Below are positions 1 through 14,341 of a stretch of 64,000 nt of DNA, piece after piece; the first letter of the stretch is position 1, and every line of letters starts with the position of its first letter. Below the pieces are notes generated by a model. The model saw only the letters and a list, made by a program, of their open reading frames with translations, made no database searches and was not told the origin of the DNA. The position numbers and the translations under genes were made by a program. Origin of the DNA: Trichoplax adhaerens (Eukaryota; Animalia; Placozoa); assembly GCF_000150275.1 (NCBI RefSeq), contig NW_002060943.1, positions 2,694,462 through 2,758,461 on the forward strand. Reading direction: 5' to 3'.

Positions 1-885
1 ACAAATTTTTAAGCAATGGCAGCAATTAGTGAATATTGCTATGAAGGAATATATTTCTTATTTTGCCTGTAAAACAGTAAAATATTATTCATATTTAGAG
101 ATAAAATCAATTATTGAATTGGATATGGAATTATTATAATAATTTTTGACAACAGTCCTATTGATACTAATTGGTATTGCCTTAAAAGTAGAATATTATG
201 CCGTTACAATAATATATTTGCAGTAATTCTATTCTAATGAAGAATTTTGCCTCTAATAATGGCAGTAAAGTTGTGAGGAACTAAGCTAATACCATAATTT
301 TTTGATATACATAAATATTACTATCAAGTCTTTGCACTTTATAGGAACCTTGTGCTATTGCGGTAGTTTCTTTCCTCGGAAATTTATAAGATAGCTACGT
401 AATTCTTAGTAATACAAAATCTGTATAATGTCGTCATAACTTCATAATCCTATTATCTTTGTCTTTCATATACCGTAACCAAAGCATTTATTGACAAATG
501 TGAGCCGTTGGAAGGTTAAAATTTACAAGGAGCGATAATACAAGCCGTAATTATTACAGTATTTTAATTTCTTATATAGTAATAATAACGCTTACTGACT
601 GATGAGGACATTTATTTACCTGCCTTACCATTATTAAGCTGGTAATGATTAGCAAAACATATAATCATCCCTAAACCATGTTGATATAATCAGCCGGAAG
701 TAATATCAACCATGACGTTAATTCGGAACTATTACCACCCTCAATGTCAATATCACCGATAGCTAGCAGAAAAATAAAGTACAAGAGCATTGTAATCGTC
801 ATAAATAACTGCCTGTTTTACTTATGACTACTATGATAGTAAGATGAAAGTAAGCAAGTGTTTTGTGTTATTTAAGACCTTTATT

Positions 886-1060
886 AATTTGTAGATAGTA
901 ATAATTTGTATGGCGTTTTTGTCAACGATGGCTAAAGTAATACGAGTTTAGTATTATTTTTGAAAATTGATTGCTAATATTTGTAGATACTAATAATTTG
1001 TATGACATTTTTGTGAATGATGACTAAAGCAATACGGGGTTAGTATTATTTTTGAAAATT
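886..1060. repeat. Two-copy local tandem duplication (~90 bp unit)
   Basis: atttgtagata(g/c)taataatttgtatg...tagtattatttttgaaaatt occurs twice, at about 887 and 979. Confidence 0.8.
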
Positions 1061-4000
1061 AACCTCTAATATGGATGTTTTATCGGTTCACTGCATCTCA
1101 GTTAAGCGCCTTATTTGTCATAATTTAAGACCTTATAATATTTACTGTAAATTCTTTTCCAGCTGATTTTATTAAGTTATTGATCAAATTGATGAAGATA
1201 AAGATCGATAGACATAAAAAAAAGTGGAAAGGGATGCATACTACGTCATTAATCTGTCAAAATTTACCTAACTCGATTCAAATTTTGAAACGATATTTAT
1301 AGATTCAGTATAGATGTTTTATTCACTTCCAAAATATCTTTCCACCACCGTCAGTCATATCGTATCCTCGGGAGCATTCGTCTTGTATGAAAGAGTGAAT
1401 ATGATTCTGGCTTTTGCTTTAGTTCGTCGTCTTGTATCTAACTACTACAGTATCTACTGCGCATCTGATATCGCGGTTATATATTAGGATTATGATGCCG
1501 TAGTACTTTTGTAGTGTAGCGTTGATATCTATCATACTTTTTCAAAATTTCTTTCCATTATTATCACTTTTACCGTAAACGATATAATATTATATTCATA
1601 TGGCTTAGTTAATAACAATCTAGCCAATTATTTGAATGCAGTGATTTTTTGACCTCGTAACGAAATCAGCTATTATGAAGGAGCACTTTTATAAATTTAG
1701 AGTAAACATTTCTCTCTCTTCCAATTTTTTCCTTCTATTATTATCGTCCTTATCAAATATAGCTTAGCTATTGCTATAATTAACATGCTGAACACTTAAC
1801 TTTCAAGAAATATGATGATAAAATATAGTATGAAAACTCAATAAACGCTAACATTGAAGAGCTATCTTAAAGAAATGCAAAATAAATTTTTAGCGTGCGA
1901 TTTAATCCAATTATAAATTATCTGAATTTAACTCTTCTATTTAAGCCTAACAACAGTGGCCATCATCTAACATTTAAGTAGAACATTAAGATCCATTCGC
2001 TTTTTAAATTCTTATCGATTATGATCATTATCTCTCTAGCGACAAAATTTCAATTTTCCAACGATAAACTTGTATAAAAATCTTCAGGACAATAGCCTTT
2101 AATTTTATTGTTGACGGACTATCTATATTGTTTACACCACATAAACGACTTTTGCATTTCGCATGATATAATCGGGTATGCAGCAATTAAAATGTCCTTG
2201 ATTCTTAATGATAAGATCTTATTTTGGTGTGTACATCCTTCATTGATAAAGATTTATATTGCAATAAAAAGTGTATGATATATTATCGATTAGTTTGATT
2301 GAATTAGGTCAATATATATGGATTTAAATAAAATGTTTCAGTTTCATCCAATAAATAAAATAATGTTCTACATTTTTATTTGAAAATATGGGTATAAGTT
2401 AAAAAATATACAGCTATTTTAAATATTTTATTACCCAAGAATAAACAAAATTTTATCAAATCACGAGATGTATATTTCGGCCATTTATCCGTCACAAATA
2501 ATTTCTATCTAACACTAGTACACACAAACATTTATATGCAATAAAAATTTCGATTTCTTAAAATTAGTTGCATTAAGATGTAGAGGATACTAAAGAACGA
2601 TTTCGTCCAAATATGGTTACTTGACAATTAGCTGAAATATAAATGATTTTAGGATTGCAGTATCCTTCACGTATTATTATTCAGATGTATAGTTTCGAAT
2701 TAAAGTTGGCTTTACCTCTAATCGCCTTGATAATCCTTCATCTAAATCTAATATATCAGGTATATTCAAATGGTATTCAATTATACTACCAAATTTATCA
2801 TCGAATTTACCGTAAGCTGATATTTCCGAATTATATCTGCCAATTAAGTTTGTTTAAAACCGAGGTTATGATTGTTATCTAATACTAACATTAATATAGT
2901 ATTGGATAAATTTATTGTTGTTTCAATTTTATACCGCAGCTGGTAGCCAGATAGAAATACAATTAAACGTAATATCTATAGTGAAGATTGCAGCATTGTG
3001 TCACTATGCTTCTAATTCAGATCAATCAAATGACCTATACAATTAGAAATGCCATTTGTAGCTCCAATGCTCTGAAGGCACTTTGATTATTCACAGAGGT
3101 ATACTTACAAATATTTGAAGGGCTTTTATGCAAACAAGTTATTGGTCAGGTCAGTAGTTCTCAATTATTGTAATGATAATCAGCAATTCTGTGGACAGCC
3201 AAGGTGTAAGACAGTGTGATATTGTATTATAAGTTGATGATATATTTAGTAATGTCTACCATAGGTGTTGTGTTCAACATGTGATAGATATTCTCGTTAG
3301 AGACTTAAGTATTAAATATAGCTAGCTTAGTAACTGTAATCCTTTTGAAGAGGTGCACTACAGTGCTCACACAAGAGCTTCGCATGAAAGGTGTAAACTA
3401 TCCTGTATTTGAGATGCTAATACTGAAGTGTGTAGTAAGTAAAGGTGCTAAGTCTGTAAACGCGGAAAAGTATATAAGCGAGTAGTTTAGTATAAAAAGA
3501 GAGTTCTTTCTAATTAGAGGTCCTCAGCTAATCGATTACGTTGTACCTTCGTAAACGAGGTTTTGTACAATAAATCTTAATTTTCTAAAGTTTTGACGAT
3601 TCTTGATCTATCAACCTCACACAAGATAATTATAATTTTTATATGGTTATATCATTGAAATTATGTCCAGTACTATGACAAAATCATATTCTTTGAATGG
3701 CTTGTTTGTACCTAAATGAATTTCATTGCTTGTGATTTCAAATAGAAGCTAGAAGTTTTTTATTATAATTACTGTTGCAATAGTGTCATATAGGCTTACA
3801 AATGATGGTGTGGCTTTTTAAAAAGTTACTTTTACATCAGCTACATGATAATTCTGCACGATTACCTCACCAAGTAAATCTTACACACTTTCCTTTTGTA
3901 GGCTTAATTGATTCTAATTTGATATTTAAATGATTAATGATATTTTTTCTCTAAAATTGAACATGTAGTTCTGATACCTTAAAGTGTAATAACTGCAGTT

Positions 4001-7000
4001 GCTTTCAGTGTGAAATTTTTCTTTCTTTTTACATTGTAAGTTTGAAACCAAAGACCAATTATAATTTTCACTAAAATAATGAGTCATAGTTATCAGTATT
4101 GTGCACTTATCGTTGATAGTTGATGGCTATTTTTTTAAATTTGTAAAATCTTATAACATTGTACAATGAGCCAACGATTTAATTTTAATTTACCTCTTCA
4201 TCTACTCTTTTTCCCTCTGATGCTTAAAAGTCATACAGGGTATGTATAGTCTATCTAAATTTAACAGGCTGATGTATCCCTATCTGTACCTTTTACTTGT
4301 GAAGATGAAGATTTTTCTCATGCATTCATCAAAATAAGCTAATAGAATTTGTAGAGAAAGTTTAGTTAATTAAATCAAACGACATCTTAAAATTGGTGTG
4401 ACTTTCTTCAGTTAAAGGTTGATGGAAATGAAATATATTTTATTCAAGATGGTTAATGACGAGAATAAAGCCATTTTTAAGCATATTCTATCAAACTATT
4501 ATTATTACATAAATAGAAACCAATATTATATTTTCCAATCTTGAATCTCACGATTTTATCATCCAATACACGCATTTTCAATAATCGCATAAATAAAATG
4601 TTCCAATCATATCATTTTCATGTATAACTTCAAGTAGTCCCTTATCATGCTAAATTATAATTTCAATTTAAGCCTAAAATTTCATTCTGATATTGTATTT
4701 TACTAATTTTAAAGTTTTAATACGCTAAATAGCTAAATCTTGGCTATATAATTAATGGATACCGCTAATATTTAAGCAAATTTAGCTAAAGTAAAGAGGT
4801 CATAGTAAAACTAATAGTCGATTTTTTGTATTCTTTTATTCTTCATACTAATGAACAGCAGGTGCAATAGATAGAGTAAATTTTTATTATTTTGTTATAA
4901 TTAAATCATTGAATAATATCATCAAAGGCATAACTGAAGGAGTAGATTTCAATAACTATCCAAAATTATAAACAATACCTTTAGCATTCTTTGAATTTAT
5001 TTGCTTCTATTACTTAACAATTATCTCATTTTTGATCAAACAGCCATAGCCCATCTGGTTTATGGGTCAAATTTACTGGTTATGGCAGTTAGTAGATTAC
5101 CTTTCCTTGACTGGAGTTACTACCAAATAAGTGATTTGTTGATTGTTAGTTATATCCTGTTGTAGTTATTGATTTTATAGTCCTGACTTTACTTAGCCCT
5201 GTTGTAGCTTATAAGTCAATAACGGTAAACAAATTCATTTATCTGCCTAAAGTAGCGGCTGTGTTAAATAATAATCGTATCGGTTACTCATAGCGATGGT
5301 TATTTTTTCAAGGAAGTAGACTTTTAATCTTAAATGGATATCATAATAAAATCACTATTGGCTGATAATCGAAAATGATTTACGTTAAATAGATATAACT
5401 GATAAGGTAAAATACAATCTTGATTTTTATTGATCTAATGTCGCATCGTTGAAACTTAATTTCTACAGTTTGTTATGAATTGAGATCACAAATAAAATAC
5501 GATCATTTTCTAACTTCTTTTCCTATTTATTTCTGCTTACCTATAGTGCTACAAGCATCAATCAGCTTATTATTGAAATGGTAAAAATCGAACAAGTTTA
5601 ATAGAATCGCGATAAAAATAACTATTTCAGTGGATTAGAAAGAAAGAACTGATCTTAATTCTCTGTAAGTAATGCAAGGTGCTTAGAGTAGATTAGCTAT
5701 GTTATAATTTTAATGTTAATATTCATATTAATTACCAGTTCTGTCACTTAAGGTATCTATCGCACCGGATTCAATTAAACGTAAAATTATCTTAAACTTT
5801 AATATAATAGCATTAGGGATTTTCGATAAAATTTGCTAATTACTTTACTATTACTTCAAAATCGACTTTATTTTATCATCAGACTAATACAAAGATGTTA
5901 AATTGGTAATCCTTAGCAATTTTAATTTTTAATGCTGTCTACCCTTACATTCTATATCTAAAGTTACGATCCTTAAATTGAAGAAATGTAGAAATGAGAG
6001 ACTGCCGAATTAATTACACGATCTATACCCTTTTCAATGCTATTGAACTCTCTTTGAAACCATATTTTCTATATTACGATCAAATGTTTTATTCACATAA
6101 ATCTATTAATATGAGCACATGAGCACAAATGCTGTGATTCTAAATTATCGACATTCTTTTCTATTTTCAATCTCTTCTCTTTCAATTACTTTATATGGGA
6201 TCAAGAAGTACTAAGTACGGTATTAACTTCACCGTTAAGAGATATTCATAACGTTTTCTTTCTTAGATATATCATACTAAGGCCGAAGTAATCTTCCGAT
6301 ATTAACTTAAATAGAAATTCATTATTTTTTGAAATAAGTTAAAGTAAAAAATCGATCGTAGTAGATTGCTCATCGAACGCAAAGAGAGTGATATGAGTTT
6401 GTATACGTATATGCAAATAATTATTTCCAGTAAATTGTTGTAGAAATAGGCAAACTGTCTACTTCCATTATTCCAACCGATAAAGTTGTTGGCTCATTTT
6501 TCTATATAAATTGACTTAAATAGAGAAGAAATAGATCAATCATGTAAATCTTTATACTAATATTAGTCTCAATACAGCGATCTTTCCGATCCAAATGAAA
6601 ATATTACGATTTATAATTAACGTAATCATATTGACTACTTTATATTTTGACTCTAGTCTTTTCTATAATAGTAGCTTTTGAGGTTATCATAAAGCCATAA
6701 ATAAACAAACATATGATAAAAGAGGTCGAGTAGACTTAAATTTACCATAAAAGAGAATATCACCCAGGTTTATAACTTTGCTTCCTTAAGCTAATAGAAG
6801 CGTAATCTTGCTTACATCTTTCTTCATATTTCTTCCTCATTGCTATTTTTAAAAACTGCCATTGCTGTCTAATCTAATTAATTCAAATTTTTTGCGTTCT
6901 TAGCTTTAATATCAGGTAATAATGTTACATCATTTTTTATTTTTCAAACATCTTGGAAATGAATATATTTTACAGTTCGGTGCGATTATCTTTTTGACCT

Positions 7001-10000
7001 GAACTAATTTTGAGTTACTATATTTTCGAAGTTATATAATATCAAAATAGAAAGTATCATGATCAAGAAAGTATTGAAATTCTGTTAAAATTACTTAACA
7101 GACGTATAATAAGTTTTTATAACAGCACCGGGTGGAACCATAGGTTTTAAATTGCAATGTATTAAAGAAATAATAAGTTCCATCCATTTGTTGCGATTTC
7201 TAGCAAAATACAGTATAAATTTGATACAATATACTACACATGCATTTTTTCATAAGATATCCCGGTATGAGTTATATTGTATATTCCTCTATCTTATAAA
7301 TAATATTAACTGATTGCATTGCTAGCGAAGATGTTCATGTTAGCAATACGAATGTTGAAGTATTAACTGAGGATAATTCTCAGCAAGTTCATTACAAGTG
7401 TGAAATTTAAGTTAGATATTTAATCTGTCTAGAAATGTCTCATATGCAGTAGTTTACGTAATAAAAATAACTCAAGGGTTATATTTTAGAATCAAATTAT
7501 ATTAATAATGGTATGGGATTGCTTTCATAAGAAGTAAATCGCATTTTTATGCCTAAAGGTGTAAGGATATTATTATGTTCGATTGGGAATTAATTATAAC
7601 TAGTTATACAATCATTTTGCAAAATTAATAAGGGAAATAGCTGCCATATACGATGGCAAAGTAATACGTGAAAGATCAAGTATCTGATCAAGCAGTATAT
7701 GACATAATAAGGATTTAAAATTATAAGATGCCCGCGGTTATAATTACAATATACTGCATATATGCAGCTTTAAAAAACCTACATGTTTTCAATAAGTGCT
7801 AGTTTTAAATCCATTTTAATATGACTGATTATGATCGGCTCTAAATGGGATAACAAAAGCTGAGAAAATCGTTGTTGCGTGGTATCCAAGCTAAATAAGT
7901 CGTCAAATAGCTCATAATTTACACTAGATGCTATCTTAAAATTGGAAGTTATAATCTTTCTCTCAATTGGACGAATGAATACTAGATATTGAGAAATAAA
8001 AAAATATGATCTCACTCAGGCTTTGGCAAAGATATCATCCTAATTAATAGTTAATTATGTTAGATTGATTAATTAATCAATAGCAGAGAAGATCGGAAAT
8101 AACTGTCATGTACAGTACTTCTCTTGTTTGATCTGCTTTACGAATTAGCTTTGCCTTTGCAGAATTCCAATTTAAGTGTTATGTAAAAATACGGAGATTT
8201 TATTGATATAAAATTGAGAGTGAAAACCTCTTCTCATTTTGCTGAACTGCCATTTCATTAGCCTATATCAATATGGAATTGCTGATCATCCTGTACTCTC
8301 CTCCGCATTACTCTTATTAAGATGATTATGTGTATATTATACATATATATGTAAGCAATAAAGATACTCTTGAAACTTATTCATTTACCAGATTAATCTT
8401 CCCATTTAGTTCTAACTCTAATCCTTTATACTATTTATCGACCTTTGATTATACAGTAAGTGACTAGAACAAGTTTATTAAAATCTCCATGAAGCGATAC
8501 TCAATAGAATAATGATGATAATTCAATTTAGTTTTATTTAGTAAATCCTAGAACTATTTTTATTTAATTTACAGTTTCACAGACAAACTATCTAATGCAA
8601 GATATCGACTCATGTTAACTAACATGACATTAAAAGATTATTCGGTCACTATCGCTAAGAAAGCAGTAATTTTTCTTGATGATGTGAATATATTCCTTCA
8701 AAATATTATCATAACAGCAATAGCTTCTAATTTTTATGATCGGTTTACTTTTTAGTGTGTGCAATACATCTTTCTGAATGGATTCCATGCTTAAAATCCG
8801 AAATGTAGTCATTTATAGGATATTGTACATGTATACAAGCAATTATCAATTCGATTTATGTTAATCCAGAATCATGTGATCATATTGATTACAAAATTTA
8901 CGTAAAATTATTAGATTTCAGTAACTTTATCAATTAAGTTTGCAATATTTAGGTCCATTTTGCAGTGTATGTTATTAAATAAATTGCAGTAATGTTTTCA
9001 GCTAATTTTAGTAGTACAGTAGGTGGCTAATAGGATGAAACAGCGCACTTGCACTGTTTCTAATATAAGAGTTGTATCACATACATTAGGGATTTACTCA
9101 AATTTGTTAATTCAAATTTTGGGTTACGTAAGTGAACCTACAGTAATAGTAGGAGACTATTACTCGGTCATTACAATTGCGTACTATTACACAAAATAAA
9201 TATAATATGGACTCTCTAAGGCGGTGAAAGATGCTAACTTACTTCATACATTTTACATATTTCGTTAAGGTATCTAAGTAATGACGATGCTGCTTTATAT
9301 GAAATACGTAAATAAGACCTGATATCTAATAATGACAAAATGACATTCGATGGAAATAAGAATAGTATAGTATGATGTCGGAGATTCTATAGTTATCTTG
9401 TACAGATTATTACATATATTTGTATATTTGCAAATGTATTATGTAATAAGTTGATTTGCAAATATAACAGCGTAAGCCATAGAGAGGCTTAGTAATGATT
9501 GTTACGCCGGAACGTATTAATTTTCACTACCCCTTAATGGCACTATTCTATCAGCGTGGGAATCATTTTTAATGAATACTTTGTAAACACGATACTGTGC
9601 AGGTGCTAGCCTTATCATGATTATCTCGAATAATATAGAATCCCTATCATTGGTCGTCGTTAGATTTAATGATCAATTTCTAGATGACATAGTAAACAGC
9701 CGGTAACAATAGATAAACTGGTCGGATGTAATTGGCATAATTAGGCTAATTAGTAGCATCACTAACATATACGGAACTAGCATCATTCTACTTTAATTTA
9801 ATATCGTAATAAGCTGATATAGTAAATTTGGTATAAAGACAAGGAACTACTTTAGTAGAACCTGTTTTGATTTCAATCATTGTACGCAACTAATAGAGAA
9901 GTAGAAATTGGATTTAATGGTTTCCGCTTGCTAGCTTTGATGTCTTTACGTGTATGCTTGGCGTGTATAAGAGTGATTTTCCATTTTTCTTGTAGCATTA

Positions 10001-12601
10001 AATTGATCCACATTAAACTTTGATACGGGATCATTAAGACTATCACAAAACATAATTTGCTTTAGGACAAGACAGTTCATTATAGTGTTAACAACATTCA
10101 GGTTTGCGCTTGATTTTTTCTATCCTAACGCCAAAATTGCACTATTCATCATAAAGTTTGCCAATTTTTATTATATCATGACGAATTCATTTGTCATCAT
10201 CAACTTTATTAATCATTATAGATATTTTGATAAAATAGCTTAGCGCTGGTGATGATTTGTCATGAAATACCGGAATATCTTTGCAAGAGATATCACTTAC
10301 TTTATCGATTTTTTTAAGCAAGGATTTTTTACACAGCTGGCTTCATAAAATTCCTGTTCTTTAAATCTTTAAATTATTCCTAGTTGTGAATAGCGTGCCC
10401 ATGATATTTTAAAATGATCTTTGTATTCCTTTCTCAAGTGTATGAATAACAACAATTAGGATGTAGATATCGATTTATAATTTGTAGCCCATGAATATTC
10501 CAGCAATATCAGATCTACAGCGAAAATAATTTAATACAAACTGAAAGTATCAATTTCCGTGGAAAATATTATAATAATATGCGTAAGCTTGCTTTTAATA
10601 ATGCACATCTTTTAGTCTTAAGAGAATAACAGTACAGCAAATTATACCAATTTCAATTAATAAACTTATTCTCTAGTCTATAATTTACGTTGCCTATAGT
10701 TTATTGCTATAATATCCATCATTTTCGTTATATCTAGAGATGATTTAAATAATCTACCATTGATTAAAACAGCTTAATCATAGGCAACGGATACTAATGA
10801 TGCCTTTTTAATCAAGGTACCCGACTGTATTTTGCTATAGTACATTATGAGAGTTATTTTTTGAAACTCAAAAATGTTTTAAATTCTTAGTCAACTATTG
10901 ATGGAACGAAACGCGAGTAGTACGTACATAGACCTCACTAACACGAAGTTATATGATTACTCTAACTTTATAGTATCATCACTAGCTTTACAAATCATTG
11001 ATACTAACTTGGCTTCCATTACGCGATGATACGAGTACATTTGTTTTATTTTTAATATTCCTTCGAAGGTTAACGATAAATGATTGTGAATATTTACTTT
11101 AACTCCGTAAATTATTATGTATTTTGATTTTAGGAGATTAATTAGCTGTCCTGTTCTTTTATGGATATTTCCATCGTTTTCTTTCCTCAGTTTTTCTTTC
11201 TACGATTAATAATATCGCAATAAAATTTCGCTATTGAATACGTACTTATAGAGAAATTTGTGACGATAATAATGATAGTAATGTTCATGCTATAGTAATG
11301 GAACATCCAAAAATAATTTTCGACTCCAAGTATTTTAAGAGTCCAGTTAAAGCTTTTATATTACAATTATTTAGTTTGCGCCAAATCCGCTACAGATATC
11401 TTGTTATTCCATAAGTATTTGATAGTATTATATAGGCCTGTTATTTTATTATTTGCCCTTATTTACTTAAATATCTAACATTACTTCATTTGGTAGACCT
11501 TATAAAGGAAAATCAATCAGTCTAACAGTATGTACAGACAGCGCGGTATGGGATATATTTTGATCAAGTAAACTGTTGACAAAGGCATCAATCTGTCTAC
11601 TAGGGTTACTGTATTAACTAGAGAAAAATTTCATAAAAATGTAAATTAAAAGTATTATCGAAATGCTCTCTACTCCTAAAATAATTTCCGAAATTCCAAT
11701 GATTTATCCTAATCTAGCTCATTTTCTCTAGCGTCATTTGTGAATGCCCAATGTTGATATGTTATAAAATATATTTTTAATTGATATACTACGTTACATC
11801 ACTACTTCTCTAATTTCATAATGCAATTGGCGCTAACTAATAGAATATTAAAGCAAAAATGTCGATTACATGAAAGCAGTAAGTGTTCAGTTAGATCAAT
11901 ATTTTTCTAATAAATGCTCTTTTTCATATTTGACCTTTCTAGACTTCTGCATCTTATTGTTTGCGATTTGCAGGCCAATTATGGTTAACGAAGTACTTTA
12001 GCAAGTAAAAATTATTAAAACCAGTGCATAGACTCTGATCTAATTTTTGGAAACGCGGAAAAGACATTTATTGGAACTAAAGCCGTGAATGATATTGAAT
12101 TTATAGAAAACACCTAGATTTCATAGTGTATGGTAAATAACACCTAATGCCTTCTACTGGGGTAGTCCGATTAACTGGGGCATAAAAGTATTTTTAATGT
12201 ATTTGGCTTCTAATTAGTACATCCCATAAAGCTAGACGTTCCTCTCTCTAGCTGATATTGACTAGAAAGATCTGCTTTATTATAAATCAAGCCAAATAAG
12301 AGATTAATGAAATTTAACGATTGCAAACCAAGTTGAGCAGTTTCTTCTTCAAAAAATACGACAATAAAATCACCATATACGATATTAGCCTATTTAAAAG
12401 GTCATTTCAACATTATATGCGGCTTCATATGATACAATTATACCTCAAACTTGCGTAATATATATATATGTTACTATATACTAATTAAATGTTGGATTAC
12501 TTCAGCTATTTTGTTTAATACAAGGCAAGATAAATATTAAACCGTAAGCTTCTTTTCTTTTGAACACAATTTGGTGTTAAAGCTAACGCAATTTTACCAA
12601 T

Positions 12602-14341
12602 ATGGCTATTATAATCCCATTGTACCGATTCAGCTTTACAATCCTTCTTCTATGTTCTATCTCAAGAATACAATGCCAAAGCTTAAATTTAATGTTATCA
12701 TTGCAATCCTCAGCACCTCAATTAGAACATTTGAAATATTATCAATTTATCCAATTCTCCAATAAACCACTAGATAATATTCAAGCTGGACAATCTATCC
12801 ATATTCAATTTGATGCTTTTAATGCAACCTTTAAACTTAGTTTAAAAACTGATTCTAAAGTTTTCATTAATGAAGCTAATGTGGATAAGGAAAGCGAAAC
12901 GGGCCTTTTTGGCCAGTTTGATCGTTTTCGCCTTGTATCTGGAACTTTACAAGATGATGATCATTCTTATGCATATGGTTATGTCGATGAAATGAGTAGC
13001 TATCATGGCGTATTTTATACCAATCAAACAGTTTATTACGTAGAATGGATTGGATTATATGCCAATCAATGGAGTGATGAGCAACAGTACTTTATTTATC
13101 GTGATATTGATATTGGTTCGCAGAAATCAGTAATCAATACTAATGATGGGAATAATCAACAAACGGCTTCATCCACTTCTACTTCTAGTATCAATCAAAA
13201 TAATCAGATCACTTCATTGCTTATGAATGATACTACGTGCTTAGCTCATATTGATATCGATAGAACATTTTTACAGCATTATCATAATAACTTTGCTTAT
13301 GTTATTTCTGATGTTGCTATTTTAGTACAAAGAGTTAATCATCTTTATCGACGTACTGACTTTGATCAAGATGGCAAAGCAGATGGAATTGGTATAGCCA
13401 TTAAAAATTTAACGTTTGGATTATCTGATGAGTTGATTGGTATCAATCTCAATTCTACAACAATATCAACTACAGTCACTACAACTTCAAACATATTATC
13501 GAAAATTAATAATCCAGTGGAATTCTTTAATCGACTGACTGTGGCTAAGAATTATTCAGATTCTTGCTTAGCTCTTTATTTAACTGGCCAAAAGTTTGAT
13601 AAAGATGTCCTAGGAATGGCTAATAGTGGCTTTAAGGCTAATGAAGGTATCTGTACCGGTTATTACATTAATCAAGATCATCATGTAGCTAGTTCTAATG
13701 TTGCTGTTGTTTCAATCAATGATCGAAATCATGTCATTCCATTTGCAACACGTGAAATTGCTATCGCTCATGAAATTGGTCATTTATTTGGTTCTTTGCA
13801 TGATACTAATGGATCAAGTTGTTCGCCTAATAATCATCAAGGCAATTACGTAATGTATGAAAAACTAGTTGATGGTAGTAAAAGGAACAATTTTCATTTT
13901 TCTACTTGTAGTCGAAGTGAAATTAAGCAAAATTTAATCTTAAAAATTGATCAGTTAAGGCCATGTTTAACACAAGCGTATTATCCTCTATGCGGCAATG
14001 GAATTATTGATGAAGGCGAAGAATGCGATTGTGGGTATCAATCTACTTGCAAAGATCCATGTTGTAATTCAGCCTATCAATACCTCACTGATATTCCTAG
14101 TTTGTCACAAGTAGGCTATAATTACATTCCATGTCGCAAGAATAGTCAAGCAACTTGTGGTAATGCTGTAGTACCAATTGAAGCCATCGGTATATCTGTT
14201 ACATTTGGTCTGCCGATAATTTTAGTAATTGTATTATTAATTTATAAACAAGTTAAACATAAATTTTATATGCCAATATATGGTGAGGCGGGAGTAAGTA
14301 GAAGCTCACATAGTGATTGCCGCCAATCCAATTTATCTTGA
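12602..14341 (+). CDS. Intronless ADAM10/ADAM17-like M12B metalloprotease, membrane-anchored, truncated disintegrin domain
   Basis: 579-aa ORF with a signal peptide, an ADAM10-like prodomain (LVSGTLQDDDHSYAYGYV...GVFYTNQTVYYVE), zinc motif HEIGHLFGSLHD (~13769), Met-turn GNYVMY, NNFHFSTCS, the start of a disintegrin (CGNGIIDEGEECDCG...DPCC), a TM helix (IGISVTFGLPIILVIVLLIY) and a short tail. Confidence 0.9.
   Translation: MAIIIPLYRFSFTILLLCSISRIQCQSLNLMLSLQSSAPQLEHLKYYQFIQFSNKPLDNIQAGQSIHIQFDAFNATFKLSLKTDSKVFINEANVDKESETGLFGQFDRFRLVSGTLQDDDHSYAYGYVDEMSSYHGVFYTNQTVYYVEWIGLYANQWSDEQQYFIYRDIDIGSQKSVINTNDGNNQQTASSTSTSSINQNNQITSLLMNDTTCLAHIDIDRTFLQHYHNNFAYVISDVAILVQRVNHLYRRTDFDQDGKADGIGIAIKNLTFGLSDELIGINLNSTTISTTVTTTSNILSKINNPVEFFNRLTVAKNYSDSCLALYLTGQKFDKDVLGMANSGFKANEGICTGYYINQDHHVASSNVAVVSINDRNHVIPFATREIAIAHEIGHLFGSLHDTNGSSCSPNNHQGNYVMYEKLVDGSKRNNFHFSTCSRSEIKQNLILKIDQLRPCLTQAYYPLCGNGIIDEGEECDCGYQSTCKDPCCNSAYQYLTDIPSLSQVGYNYIPCRKNSQATCGNAVVPIEAIGISVTFGLPIILVIVLLIYKQVKHKFYMPIYGEAGVSRSSHSDCRQSNLS

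Noticed and set aside
2643-8812. Short ORFs of 60-79 aa in the first 9 kb
   Set aside because: AT-rich random-like composition with no motifs and no splice-consistent chain.
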